Shown: one piece after another, positions 51,340 through 63,530 of the stretch
Numbering within the stretch: the first letter of the stretch is position 1
Layout of the letters: every line of letters begins with the position of its first letter
Assembly (NCBI GenBank): GCA_010909165.1
Contig: MU008158.1
Coordinates: 831,478-895,477 of the forward strand
Reading direction: 5' to 3'
From: Anthoceros angustus
Lineage: Eukaryota; Plantae; Anthocerotophyta
DNA length: 64,000 nt
Notes under the pieces: model-generated
Databases searched by the model: none
The model's input: only the letters and a program-made list of their open reading frames with translations
Told to the model about the DNA's origin: nothing
Position numbers and translations under genes: made by a program

Positions 51340-51776
51340 CATGCATATGGCTAGACGAGCAACAGTGCACCTGGAGCAGGCCATTGTTGGCGGAAACTTG
51401 CAAGACAGAAGGTCAAGGAATGTGTTGTCCGGATTCGGATGCCTGCAGGCAGGGAGGAGGGGGCGGAGGAGAAAAACGGGTGCTGAGTACTGTGAAATCG
51501 ATGACGGATTATGCTTATACAGGTGGATCGTGTACAGCGGGTGAAGAAGAATCCACTAGAAATGCACAAGGATGCTGCAGAGTATGGTACTTGGGCCAAC
51601 AGTGCTGAACTATATGCGTGTCCATGTCATAGGGAAGAATCACCAGGTTTCCACAGGGACGTTGGACGGCGCTGAGATTCGTTCACCAGATGAGTAGCAA
51701 CACTTTGACGTCGGCAGTTGCTCAGAAGAACTATGCCAAATGGCACAGCCAAATGTTACGAGAAAATAAAGAACTT
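51340..51776. repeat. Diverged direct repeat, copy B (upstream of TFIIF-beta)
   Basis: Homologous to 48331-48768 with indels. Confidence 0.85.
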
Positions 51777-51780
51777 TAGG

Positions 51781-51904
51781 GGCTTAGGCGATATGGACAC
51801 ACATTTATAACATTAAGCATCCTGTCCTTACATCTCACATCGGTATTATCGGTACTTAGATGGGGTGCCTAGAGTTAGTGGATGCCCTAGTGCAATTAGC
51901 TTAG
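51781..51904 (+). mobile_element. Degenerate partial copy of the SINE-like repeat
   Basis: ggcttagg..atggacacacatttataa..atcggtacttagatggggtgcct..gtggatgccct matches 20320-20438. Confidence 0.6.
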
Positions 51905-52260
51905 TCCAAGCGGTTATAATATAGACTTCTTCAGAACCTAACATCGCAGACCAGGGATCTTCGCTGCCTAACTAGGACATGTGGTGCTCGTACTTGCGGA
52001 TGTTCCGGACATACGATCATTATACGGCGGGGCATACGCCCTCCCAGCGACGGGGCTTGCTTGGCTGTTTTGGGATTTCACACCCACTCGCAACTTCGCG
52101 GGTGACCATGGAAGGCCGACCCTAAGCCAGCCGGGAAGGCTTCTCTGGTCATTTTTTTCTTGGGGTGGAGCACCTGAGGGAACGAGAGGCTTGCTAATGG
52201 ATCAAAACATCAAAGAACATGCGCCAGCCGAGGAACTGAGTTCACAGGTTTCCGATTGTT

Positions 52261-53544
52261 TCATTCATCATCGTCGTCGTCATCGGAGCTGGCCGCATCC
52301 TCACTGCCGTACTCGCTGCCGTAGTCGTCGTCTTCGAGCTCGGGGTTCAGATCGAGCTGCACATGAGCAACCTGAATGGTAGCCGCAGCTGGGGGAGGAG
52401 GCGGGGGCTGGTCCCTGGCCTTGAGCAGGATCTCGGAAGGAGGCGGCAGGGCGGCGCGCTGGGGGACCTGGAGCTCCGGCGGCAGCACCACAGCGTCCCC
52501 CGGCTTCCATCCCTGCGGCACGTTGAGGAAGTCGAGCCCCTCCGGGAGGCTGAGAGGCTGCCCGGGCTTCCAGTCCTGGGGGATGTCCACCGGCATGCCA
52601 GGCTTCCAACCCGGGGGGATGTCCACCGGCATGCCGGGCTTCCAACCCGGGGGGATGTCCACCGGCATGCCGGGCTTCCACCCGGGGGGCGGCATCGGAG
52701 GAGGGGCGGCCATCCCCAACCCCGGCACCTCCACCTCCACCGCGTCCAGGAGCCTGGAGGCCTTCGGAGGCGGCGGCTTGGGAAGCCCTACGTCCATGTC
52801 ACTGAAAAGGTAAAGTTGCGAGGCCCGCATCTGTTCCTCCTGCGGGGCCGGGGGCAGGGCGTTCCGCAACGGCGTCTGCCCGTCTGCGAACTCCGGGGGG
52901 GCGAAGGTGGTGTAGCTGATGCGGTGCGAGTAGGCAACCAGGTCGGACACGTCCAGAGTGCCGGACCCCAGCCCGTCCAGCCCCGTCCGCCGCCGCCGCT
53001 TCTGCAATCCCCGGTGCTCCTGGTGCCGCTCCAGCCCTGCCTCCAGCACCTGGTGCGCGTTCCTGAGCCCCCTCGCCAAGGCCCGCATGGAGGCGGAGTG
53101 GGCGGCCAGGCCGTCCGCCACCCTGTGCTGCTCCTCGTCCATCTGCTGGATCTGCTGGAGCTCCCCCACGGCCGAGAGGAGCAGGGCCTGGTGCGCCTCC
53201 ATCACCGCCAGCACGTCCCGCGTCGTCCCGGCCGCCATGCCCTGCGGCGGGAGCGTGGCGCCGGGCAGGAACTGCACTCCTCCCGCCTTGTTGTGCCCTC
53301 CCGCCCAGATCTTGGTCCCTGCTAGCTCCGTGAGGCGAAAGGCCAGGCCTGCCATCTCCCGCAGCAGCTGCTGCGCCCGCTGAAAGGGAGGCAGCGTGGA
53401 GAGGGCAAGGGCAGTGATGTGAGACTCAACAGGTGACCCTCCGGCCGGGACTTCTCCCACTTGCGCCTGCGACTGCTGCATCGCCTCGTTGCCCGATGAC
53501 CCGCTCCATCCCAGCATCGGCTTGTCGGCTCCGAAACCTGCCAT
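52261..53544 (-). CDS. MED4: Mediator subunit 4, with repeated [12 protein letters not shown] units
   Basis: [51 protein letters not shown] and acidic tail are plant MED4 hallmarks. Start codon uncertain. Confidence 0.92.
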   Translation of the reverse strand: MAGFGADKPMLGWSGSSGNEAMQQSQAQVGEVPAGGSPVESHITALALSTLPPFQRAQQLLREMAGLAFRLTELAGTKIWAGGHNKAGGVQFLPGATLPPQGMAAGTTRDVLAVMEAHQALLLSAVGELQQIQQMDEEQHRVADGLAAHSASMRALARGLRNAHQVLEAGLERHQEHRGLQKRRRRTGLDGLGSGTLDVSDLVAYSHRISYTTFAPPEFADGQTPLRNALPPAPQEEQMRASQLYLFSDMDVGLPKPPPPKASRLLDAVEVEVPGLGMAAPPPMPPPGWKPGMPVDIPPGWKPGMPVDIPPGWKPGMPVDIPQDWKPGQPLSLPEGLDFLNVPQGWKPGDAVVLPPELQVPQRAALPPPSEILLKARDQPPPPPPAAATIQVAHVQLDLNPELEDDDYGSEYGSEDAASSDDDDDDE

Positions 53545-54669
53545 ACCATTCGCATCATCCGCATTCAGCCCAGCTGCCCTGTCGTGCACCCTAAAACAGA
53601 AGCAGAGAACCACTGGTGCGCTGAACCTACCTTCTTCAAATTGAGAATTGCCATGGCGCCTCCACTGCGCGGATTGAATTGCCACGGACGCCATCGATTT
53701 GCTGCAGCCTGGATTAGCTGCGTAAGAGAGATACGCAAGCCACGACACGAGAACCCGAGACGGGGTGCTCTAAACCCTGCACCCTTGTGGTGAAGAAAAC
53801 CACAAGAACTGTATTAGCCAATAGTTGTTGACTTCTTTTCTTCTTATGAATAAATAAATAAATAAATAAATTTTAAAACGTTTGACAAAATATTTAATAG
53901 AGACTAATTAAATTGATTATAAGAAATAATTTAATGAAAGGGGAACTGCAGGGTGCCCTAAGAGGAGAAAATAGCAGCAAAAGAGAAGGTTCCATGGAAG
54001 GTAGAAGGGGGTGTACCATAATTGTGAATGACAGCCTATTGGTTTCTCCCCGTGGACTATTGCTATGATCTTTCTTTGGCCACAGCAATAGTGAAATCTT
54101 GTGTCCGTGGCTCGGAAGGTGTTCATACGAAATAGATCATGCAGCCATTGTCCAATTGGTCTTGCCCAGTTGCCATATCCTCTTGTCCTCGTCCATAAAA
54201 TGATAGAAAAACAACAAAAAAACCTTCTTTCCATGTTCACATTCGAGAATGCCATGTTGTGAGTTGTGAAGGATGTTATCCAACAAGAATGATCCTCCCT
54301 CTCATACCGTAAAATAACAACCAATAGATGCTCTTATGGAGCCAATAAAGGAAACAATTACTAGGGATCCCATACTTTAAAATAGCCTATGCTATAGCTA
54401 GCCCGTACTAAAATTAAATACCAGGTTTTAATCTAGCAAAAAAGGGTTTCTCCATCACGCTAACCGTTTAGGCCAAAGAGATATTCCAAGGACTTCTACA
54501 TAAATTTTAGCGTTGTTTAGGGAGGCCGCCGGACTCAAAGATTTGCTGCATGAGGAGTAATCTAACTTGATATCATGAGGGGCCCTTTTGTCTTTGCGAA
54601 TAGTGGGCTTGAGGAACAAATTTCTATTGGAGTAAGAGATTTTAGATAAACAAAACTTTATGAATTTAG

Positions 54670-54837
54670 TAAAATAATTCTAGAGTCTCGGATCACACAA
54701 TCATGGGTGCAGAAGAATCGATTGAATAGCAGAGTGTGCACACGTTAAGTTCTCGTGAAGCGGTACGATCAAGTAACCACTTCGTTGGAATGCTGAGTGA
54801 ACCGTGCCCTAATGCTAGGTAAACTAGTATTTTAACA
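54670..54837 (-). repeat. Copia 3' LTR (168 bp)
   Basis: Matches 58700-58878 with ~12 substitutions and 2 indels. Confidence 0.92.
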
Positions 54838-54924
54838 CTCCCACTTAGTGAGCTAGCATTAGACTTAAACTTTAAATACTAATTATTACTAAAAAATTGA
54901 GGTAGTCTTCTCGACTATCTTTGA

Positions 54925-57900
54925 TTCTTAGGCCCATGGATGCACAGTGTTGCTGGTGCCTAGCCGAGCCGGGTGCCTAGCCGAGCCGAGTGCCTTGGTG
55001 ACGATATCGGCTGTCACTTGTTCCGTCGACCAGTACAAAACTTCGAATTTCCCGTCCTTTACTATCTTCCGAATAAAATGGAATTGTACTTCTGTGTGTT
55101 TAATACGGGCGTGGAACTTGGAGCTGTAGGTAAGTGAAATGGCTTCCTGGTTGTCACAATAGAGGGGTCTTGAAAGGTGCTGAGCTTCTCCTAATTTTGA
55201 TAGTTATAGGAGCTGCCATAATCCCTCTCTACAAGCATGTGTTAGGGAGCAATATTCTGCTTCTGTTGAGCTTAAGGCAATTACTTGTTGCCGCTTGCTG
55301 CTCCAGCTTGTGGCGGTGCCTCCGAGCAGGTACACGTAACTGCTGGTACTCTTCCTAGCGCCCTTGTCCCCTGCCTAGTCGACATCGCTGAATCCCTGAA
55401 GCTGGGGGTACTCATCTTGCTTAGTGGAAGACCAATATAAAAGTCCCATGTCCGAGGTAGATATGAGATATCTGAATATACGCTTGATGGCCTTCCAATG
55501 CTCTTGTGTGGGAGAGGATAGGAACTGAGAGAGTGCTCCCACCGGAAAAGCAAAGTCAGGCCTAATGCAAACCATTAAATACATAAGGCTCCCGACTGCT
55601 GAGGAGTAGGTTAGCCCATTAATGTTGAGGTCTGGACTTGAGTCTTGATCTGCCATAATGAGCTTGAGGTTGACTTCCATTGGTGTGGATATAGGCTTAG
55701 AATCTAGCATCTTGTACTTAGTTAAAACTTCCTAGATATATTTGGATTGATGTGTAAATATACTTCTAGACTCTCTATGTCTAACTATTTGAATTCCTAC
55801 ACAATAAGATAAATCCCTGCATGTGGTCATGGCAAAACGCTTTGAAAGCATTGACCTAGTTTCTTCTAACATGGACTTGGAGTTAGACATAAGCATAATA
55901 TCGTCTACACATACGGCAAGTAAAATAAAACAACCGTCTGACTTCCTGATATAAATATTGCTATCGGAATCCAATTTGGTAAATCCTAAGGCCTCTAGAG
56001 TTTCGTCTAACTTGGAATACCACTCCATAGCACTTTGTTTGAGACCATAAAGTGCTTTCAATAATTTGCATGCTGTTGAGAGTAACCCTTAGCTACTAAC
56101 CTCGCCTCATACCTTTCTACGCTGCCGTCTGCGCTTAGCTTGATCTTAAATGTCCACTTAGAGCCTACTAATTTTCTCTTGCTTATTGATGCCGTGTGAT
56201 TTACAAAACTGCAAGAAATCGCTTGAACCATATTCTCCTCCTCCATCTGAACGGATTGCAAGAAGTTTCTCTCCTGTTTGCTTCTCGGCCCAGGCAATGT
56301 ACTCCTGGAAACATGTGAGAGCTTGGGATTTGTGTTTCAGTAAGTAGAAGACAGTGAATCTGCTCATATCATCTATAACCAGCATGAAGTAGAGATATTC
56401 GTGAATAGATCTCTCGAATGGTCCACAGATGTCAGAAGTGCACTATCTTTAGTCGTCTTGTGGATCTGCTGGTGGATTTAGGGAAAGGAGCACGATGACT
56501 CTTCCCGAGCGAGCGTGCCTCGCAGGTACCAAACTCCTCCACGTTGGTAAGTGTGATACCTTTAGCTGCACTTGCTGATAGTATTTGCTTCATCCTCTGT
56601 ATCCCCATGTGGCCGAGCCTTGCGTGCCATAAGTAGGATTTATTGTGCTTAGTTGCAGCAGATAGTGAAAGAGCATAGTTGCAACTTCAGTCAATGTTGA
56701 GGTGATACAGATCGTCGTTCCTGAGATCTCCAGTAGCTATGAGCTCTCCTTGTGGTGTCTCGATGATGCAATGGCCTTCTCCGAAGCATACATAGCAGCC
56801 GGACTCATCAATTTTGCGGACTGAGAACAAGTTTTTAGTTAGTCCTGGGACGTGTAATACGTCTGAGATTTGGAGCGTGCTTCCTGGTTTGAGGTTCAAG
56901 TATACAGATCCTTGTCCTTCTATTGTGTGCCTTGTGTCGTCACCCAGGCTGACGAAGTGAGGAGGCTTAGAGGGTGTGAACTCTTTGAAATACTCTCGGT
57001 GTGGGGTCATGTGCTGTGACGCCCCTAAGTCTATGTACCAGGAATGTTGTCCTTGAACAGTCAAGCATGAAGCGACTAGTGCTGATGGTGGTGAGTCTGG
57101 CTTGGAGTTTTGTAGGCATAAGAATGCCTTAGAGTGTCTTTTAACAGTTAAGGCTAATTGGCCTGATGCTTCTGGCATGTCTCTTCTTTGATTGTTATCA
57201 GCCATTCGTTTCTGACACTCCTCATACGTGTGTCCTGGAATTTTGCAGTTGCCGCATATTTTTCTCCATCCTGGATTGAAATTGCCGCGTCCTCTAAAGT
57301 AGGAGCCTATGCCCCTATATGTCTGCTGCCCTCTGAAGTTGGATCTACCTCGGCCTCGAGATCTCCCCCTGCCTGTGAGGTAGGCAGCACTCGAGGATTC
57401 CCCGCCAAAGGAGGTAGCAAATACTTTCCTCCTCGCTTCTTCCGTTAGCATAGCACTGATAACCTTGTTTACTGTGAGTGCTCCTTGTAGGGATTGGACA
57501 ACAGTGATCCAGGATTCAGGTAAGGTAGAGAGTAGTATTGTTGCTGATAGGTCTTCGGTTGTAGTGAAGCCACATGACTGGAATTTGGTAGTCTAGCTCC
57601 CGAACAGCATGGTATGTACGTCTACCTGATCACTTTCCGACATTCTTAGAGCAAAGTAGTTCTTAATGGTGTAAACTGTATGCATAATGTCGGTGGCGGC
57701 CTATATGTCATGGAGTTGTTTCCATGCCTGCGCGGCTGTCTCAGTGCCTTCTAGTTGCTGCACGTTTCCTAACCTCATGCCTTGCAAGATCACGTTCTTG
57801 GCTTCCTGATTTTTCTCGTCCCATTCTTCCTGTTGTGCAGCTGTGACATTTGCGCCTGTTGGGCGTGTGATAGGGACTGGTGGAGAGCCAACTCCTCCTA

Positions 57901-58017
57901 CATATCCCCAAAGTATCTTCTCCATGAGTGTGTTGGTAATTCTAAATTTCCAGGTGGGAAAATTCTGTTGCTGCCCATCGAACCTATCTTTTTGGAAAGT
58001 GAAATGTTAGAAGCCAT
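54925..58017 (-). pseudogene. Copia gag-pol remnant
   Basis: MEKILWGYV, CGNCKIPGHTYEEC, WYIDLGASQHMTP, LWHARLGH, IRSDGGGEY, YEARLVAKGYSQ, KALYGLKQS, LLAVCVDDIML, YSSAVGSLMY, HARIKHTEVQFHFIR. Confidence 0.92.
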
Positions 58018-58687
58018 GTTTTGTTGTAATTTGTGGTAGATTTTTGTGTTTGTGGGCAGGTGTCAGCGTGCCTAGCTGTTTTAATGTTGGCTTATATCTC
58101 GATGACTGAGTTTCTTAGAAGGCACTTTGTTTCTAAGTGCATGGTGATAAGAACTCTAATTGTTTGGGGTTCATTGGTGTCCCTAGCATTTTGTAGGTGG
58201 CTGATCTTGTCGAGGATTGACATTTCTATGCTTCGATCTCGGATTGTGGAGGATCCCTAAACAGATTGTGCCTTCTGGATAAAGAATCTAGATGAATGTG
58301 GATTCTTCCCCTAATGTACGCAGGGGTGCAAGGATAACAACATCAAAAGATGTGGTATACTGGTTAATCGATTGGTAAATAGGAATGAGACCTGGATTTA
58401 TGATCTGCAGGATCTCATATTCTGCAGGATCTAGGTGCCCTCTTAGGATTAATTTATTGCCTATGAGGAGCAATATAGATGAAACTCTGGACCAAGCGTA
58501 GACCAGGAGGTCTTCATTTGCCTCTTTTAGAAAGCGTAGCTCTCGATAGTGTTTCTGCAATTCCAGGTTTTGTGAGATTCTATTTGCTCTCCTGAGCATG
58601 CGCTATTGCTTGTGAGAGCCTAACATGGCTCTTAGATTTATTTTTCATTATTATGTGGTGGGGAGATCAGGGATGCATTTGCGCCCT

Positions 58688-58699
58688 GCTCTGATACCA
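58688..58699 (-). promoter_or_regulatory. tRNA-iMet primer-binding site
   Basis: TGGTATCAGAGC directly after the 5' LTR. Confidence 0.93.
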
Positions 58700-58878
58700 T
58701 AAAACAATCCTATGAGTCTCGGATCACACAATCATGGGTGCAGAATGATCGATTGAATAGCAGAGTGTGCACACGTTAAATTCTCGTGAAGCGGTGCGAT
58801 CAAGTAACCGCTTCGTACGTGTCCGTTGGTAAGCTGAGTGAACCGTGCCCTAATGTTAGGTAAACTAATATTTTAGCA
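58700..58878 (-). repeat. Copia 5' LTR (179 bp)
   Basis: Pairs with 54670-54837; termini TG..TA. Confidence 0.92.
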
Positions 58879-59689
58879 TTTAGTAGAATAACCTTTGGCT
58901 CAAAGGTGGCTATAGAAAAAATTTCTAATGGCAATATATCCTAGAAAAGAACTCTCTCTCATCACATACTTATAAATGAGAAGGGTGACAAGAGCTCCAC
59001 ACTCAATATCGATAAATATTGAGTTGCTTTTAGATGCAGAGGAAGAAGATTCATGGTATATCCTAAACCCTAAACCCTTAAAAAATGTGAAATAGAAGAA
59101 TTTTTTTGATGAATTGCACATGAACTTAATATTTGTTCAAGCAGGAGTGATGAGGGAAGGAAGTTACCATACTGTACCTCTTACCGATTCTCGTTTCAGC
59201 TCTTGCTGATGAGCATTCGAACAACATATGTGTGGGGCTATGGCTAGTCCATTGACTATAGTCTTGCTGAATAAAAGCCTCTTCACATTGCACAGTCACC
59301 CAAATTGCGCTATCCCGCATCGTAAGGAAACAATCAAAAAAGCGAAGGATGGTACCTTAGTAAGAACTGCAATACTGCATTCTTTTCGTGATATCCAATT
59401 CTGTACCGCAATGTGTGGCACAACAAGGGAGAAGCGAAAAATGTGTTTAAAAATAGAACCCGACGCTACAAGCATCTCGTAAGATTGCCTTGGCGCCCTC
59501 GTGCGTTGGAGTTGCCATCACGCTTATAATTGGTCGCTTTGTCTGTTGGAGTTGCATTTCTCGTTAAGGTTTTCATCATGCGTTTGCTTCTTGCATTATT
59601 GTTTATGGAGTACGTGGATGTCAAAGATATGGAGGCCGAGCTAGTCCCTGCATAAGCGACGCCCACTTCGGCTGTAATATTTGTTGCAA

Positions 59690-59950
59690 ATTAGACAAAA
59701 GCTAGCACAATGGCTTGGTGGATGCCGATAAATGTGTTTTGCTGAACCGAGGTACGTGACTTAAAGCACAAACATTGGGAAGAGATTGCCCACGAGGTCT
59801 AGCAATTTTGTGCTTTCAACGTTACAGACCTGAAGTGTAAATAAAAAGTCAAAAACCTGAAGAAGGTATACGAAAAGGAGAAGAAGGCATGGCCTGGCCA
59901 AGGAGCTCCAACATGGCCATCAATTTGTTATTATGGTCATCAATTTAGAT
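59690..59950 (+). pseudogene. Trihelix (SIP1/ASIL-like Myb/SANT) domain remnant
   Basis: LVDADKCVLLNRG, then LKHKHWEEIAHEV*..VTDLKCK*KVKNLKKVYEKEKKA..PTWP. Confidence 0.68.
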
Positions 59951-61477
59951 GATGCATGCCTTGATGAAAGCCCGAAGCCTCCATACTCGCGACGCCTGCA
60001 AGTTTGAAGCACGATGAATAGATGGAGAGGCCTATAGCCTTTACTCTTGCGCCGCTTGCACCTTTGAAGCTTGAGCCTCAGGACCCTGTGGGATTGTAGA
60101 AAAGCTTGAACACTAGGGATGCCGAGTGTAAAAGCGAGCTTCCCTCCAACAAAAGAATAAGTTGGGTTTGGTTGCATAAGTTGCATGGGAACATAGGTAC
60201 GACAAGGTTTCTGATTAGATACGGGTATTGTGGGACCCATCGCATTAAAAAAATCTATTTTAAGGTAAAGATATCTTTTATCTATTGTTCCTACAATAGC
60301 CTATATGAAGAGCCCTTGAGCCATTAGGCAAGAATATAGCTACGAATCCCGAAGTATAATAGTGAGTTGACAATAGGAACATCAACATACTATTCAAGGA
60401 TTACGAGGTCTCAAAGGTTTAAGTAAACTCAATCTAGTTAATCACTAAAATATGGTTTTCATCATGGACTAATAAGTGAAGTGTATTCCAAAAAACAAAA
60501 GTTGATGAAGTTTATAAAAAAAATCTTTTTAAAAGAAAGATACTACCATTATTTTTCTTGTGCCAAATCCTACCACGCCTGCAGGCATGGCGTGGGGTTG
60601 CCCGTTTCTTATTTCACAGATTACTTCAAACAGCGAGTCTCCATTAACCCTTTTAGGCTGCATACTGATCAGATCCCAATCATCTTGGGTGCAATAGAAA
60701 GCCTATGGAAAGCTATACCTTCAAAGAGCCATCTTGACATCAATCCTTCACAAGGCGGCGGCAGCAAGTGACGCTTCTTCCTCGGTCATTTGCAAGCCAT
60801 TTGTTCTTCCTGCATATGATGTTCTAGAAGGAGTAGGTAACTTCAGGTAAAGGGCTTAGTCGCGTTTTTTCACCTTGACCCCCTAAGTCCACCTTCATTG
60901 TCCCATGCTGGATGGGTTTTTCCCCATCGTTTTCCCCCTCAATATAACATGAATGCTTCCATTTTTTATTAAATGTGTTTCTTCCACATGAAATTATTAT
61001 GTTAGAAAAAAAGAACGAAATAATATGAAGTAATGCAAAAGTTGAGAACAAGACAATCAATCAACTATGAAATAATATGAAATGATACAAAGGCAAATAA
61101 TAATAATAAATTATACATTATTTATTGATTTAAGTCTCCCATAATTGGGATTATCTCTCCTGCCACTCACACATTAGTTCACGACAGATGATTTTAGTGG
61201 GACCGATAATCAGGGCAAGAGCTAGTTCAATGGTAATGCAATTCAATACTGGAATGGCCATTCAAGGCTAGTGAAGAGAGAGAGTAAAGCTAACTGTTGG
61301 GCAGGTCCTTGGTACCGGCTAGGTGGTGGGACCACGGCCGGACCATGCCACTCCCCTTGCTCGCCACGGTTCAACCCCGGGCGTTTCTTTTCTAGCCCAC
61401 CATGCCCGGTCGCAGGTGGCATGGTTGCTCTACTTATTCAATGGCCTTCAAGGTCGTCAATTTTGGAAACCTTGGCA

Positions 61478-61650
61478 TGAAGAAGAAGAAGAATTTTATT
61501 TAAGTCCACTAAGGACGGGTTTCCGTCATGGGACTTGGTACTTAACAACTTGTACCATGGTGTGCCTAAGCTACTTGCACCAAGGGCATCCACTCCCTTT
61601 AGGCACCCCATCTAAGTACCGATCCAAGCTCAGGATGCTTAATCACGGCG
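61478..61650 (-). mobile_element. SINE-like repeat, copy 3 (5'-truncated)
   Basis: Reverse complement nearly identical to 20352-20520; ends aaataaaa(ttc)n. Confidence 0.65.
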
Positions 61651-62058
61651 TACGGTGATGTACCTTTATCGGTGGACCAAAACGGGTGATTTGATAACAA
61701 AATTCTAATGTTTATGAGTTAATTACAATAAAAAAAATAGGTCAAAGTCTCGATCCGAGACCCTTGGTCGTTTAGGGGTTAAACCTTAATGGTCTTGTTT
61801 TTGTTCGTTGAAAACTACGCTAATATTTGTCTTGGTGTTCTATTGTATGTTTTGGTGTGGCTGGCAAAAGAAGGGGTGTGCACAGTTGAATGTGAATGTC
61901 CTTTAGCCGAAAACGCATGATGTCATGCAGAGAAAACCAACATAAAGACGGTTACAACCTACCGTTATCATGCTGTCCTATTGTTCAGCGCAGTAGTCCT
62001 GTCTGGACTTCGAGAAAAAACGCAGAAGCTTGCAAATGAACGCAGCCCGTTCAACAGG

Positions 62059-63530
62059 ATGTCTGGCTGGGAAGTTGTTCCTGGACCATACACTTTAGTG
62101 GGAGAACATGCATCACGAGAAGAGTTCCAACAAGAGCTATTCGCCGGCGAGGGCATGCATGCGCAGCTGGTTGCTCTGGATATGCAGATAGGTTGGCGTT
62201 CTCCGATCTCCAGCTGGAACGGGCCGGATGATTTTGAGCCTCGTAGGCCTGCAGTATTTGAACGGGGGGTAACTGCTGAAACCGTAAGCCAACTATGTAG
62301 GAACGAGCAGCTCAGCGAGGCTGTTGAGGCTTTGGAAACTCTGGTGCGGACAGGCTGTTTCTTAGTCTCTTTTTGTGCTGTCCTAAAGCAATGTATGGCT
62401 CAGAGGGATCTGGTTCTGGGTGGTCGAGTGCATGCCCTGGCTGTGAAAGGGGGGTAATGATGAGTCAGATACGTCCCTGGGCAACAGCATCATGCGAATG
62501 TATACTTCTCATGCCAAGTTGCAAGACGCGATGGATGTGTTTGCAGTGGTGGACAAACCAGATGTCTTCACGTGGTCTGCTATAATTTGTGTGCATGCTA
62601 ATCATGGGCAAGATAAGCAGGCCATCGGTCTGTACCATCGGATGCGCAGGTCGAGTGTGAAGCCGGATTGCCATGTGTTTGTCGCAGCCCTACGGGCTTG
62701 TGCAAGAGGAGCAGACTTGAAAACTGGACGGGAGGTGCATGTTGATGTGGTGGCCAGGGTTGAGCCTGATTTGTTTGTTTGTAATTCTTTGGTGGACATG
62801 TGTGCAAAGTGTACCAGCTTGGAAGACGCTCAAAGGGTGTTTGATGGACTTGGACAAAAGAATGTGGTCACCTGGAATGCAATGATATCAGAGTATTCCC
62901 AAAAGGGGATGGGACAGAAAGCTCTTCATCTTTACAGGGATAGGAGAGAAGAAGGCATCATTGCACCGAACTCTTTGACTTTCGTGTGCCTCCTGCAGGC
63001 ATGTGCAAGTGTGGGTGCTCCAGCTTTGGGGAAGGGGAAACAGCTTCATTCAGAGATTTGAGAACAGCGACTTGACGGTGATGTTGTTGTCGGTTGCAGC
63101 CTGGTATACATGCATGCCTAGTGTGGGAGCCTGAAGGATGGATGCTCAAGGCATGTTTGATGGACTCCGTCAAAAAAAATGTGGTGACATGGACCGTTCC
63201 GATAGCAGGATTCGTAGCATGGTATGGGCAAGGAAACCCTGTCTGCACAGTGCTAGGCTAGAGGAAGGCCTGGCTGTGCCCAAAAATTGTGCCTTCTCCA
63301 GGCGTGTGCAAGTGTGGGCACCCCAGCTTTGGAAACGGGGAAGCAGCTTCATGCACTGATTGGCGAACAGGGGTCTTCAGGCTGACGTTTTTATAGCCAG
63401 CAGTCTGGTGAACATGTATGCCAAGTGTGGCACCTTATAGGATGCTCAGGGTGTCTTTGATGGACTTGGTGGAGAGAATGTAGAATGCCATGATAGGACG
63501 GTTATTCCCAGCAGGGCATGGGGCAGGAAG
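62059..63530 (+). pseudogene. PLS-class PPR pseudogene, truncated (no E/DYW seen)
   Basis: DVFTWSAII, FVCNSLVDMCAKC, NVVTWNAMI motifs; several frameshifts and stops. N-terminus resembles the PPR at 33905-36940. Confidence 0.85.

Larger units (their letters stand above)
54670..58878 (-). mobile_element. Ty1/copia LTR retrotransposon, decayed, with two internal deletions
   Basis: 5-bp TSD TTTAG (54665-54669 and 58879-58883), paired LTRs, iMet PBS, PPT CTAAGTGGGAG, gag-PR-IN-RT-RH order. Confidence 0.95.

Noticed and set aside
52363-53383. 320-aa and other plus-strand ORFs
   Set aside because: Antisense shadows of GC-rich MED4.
59062-59078. Interstitial telomere repeat (CCTAAACCCTAAACCCT)
   Set aside because: Only about two units; at most a telo-box.
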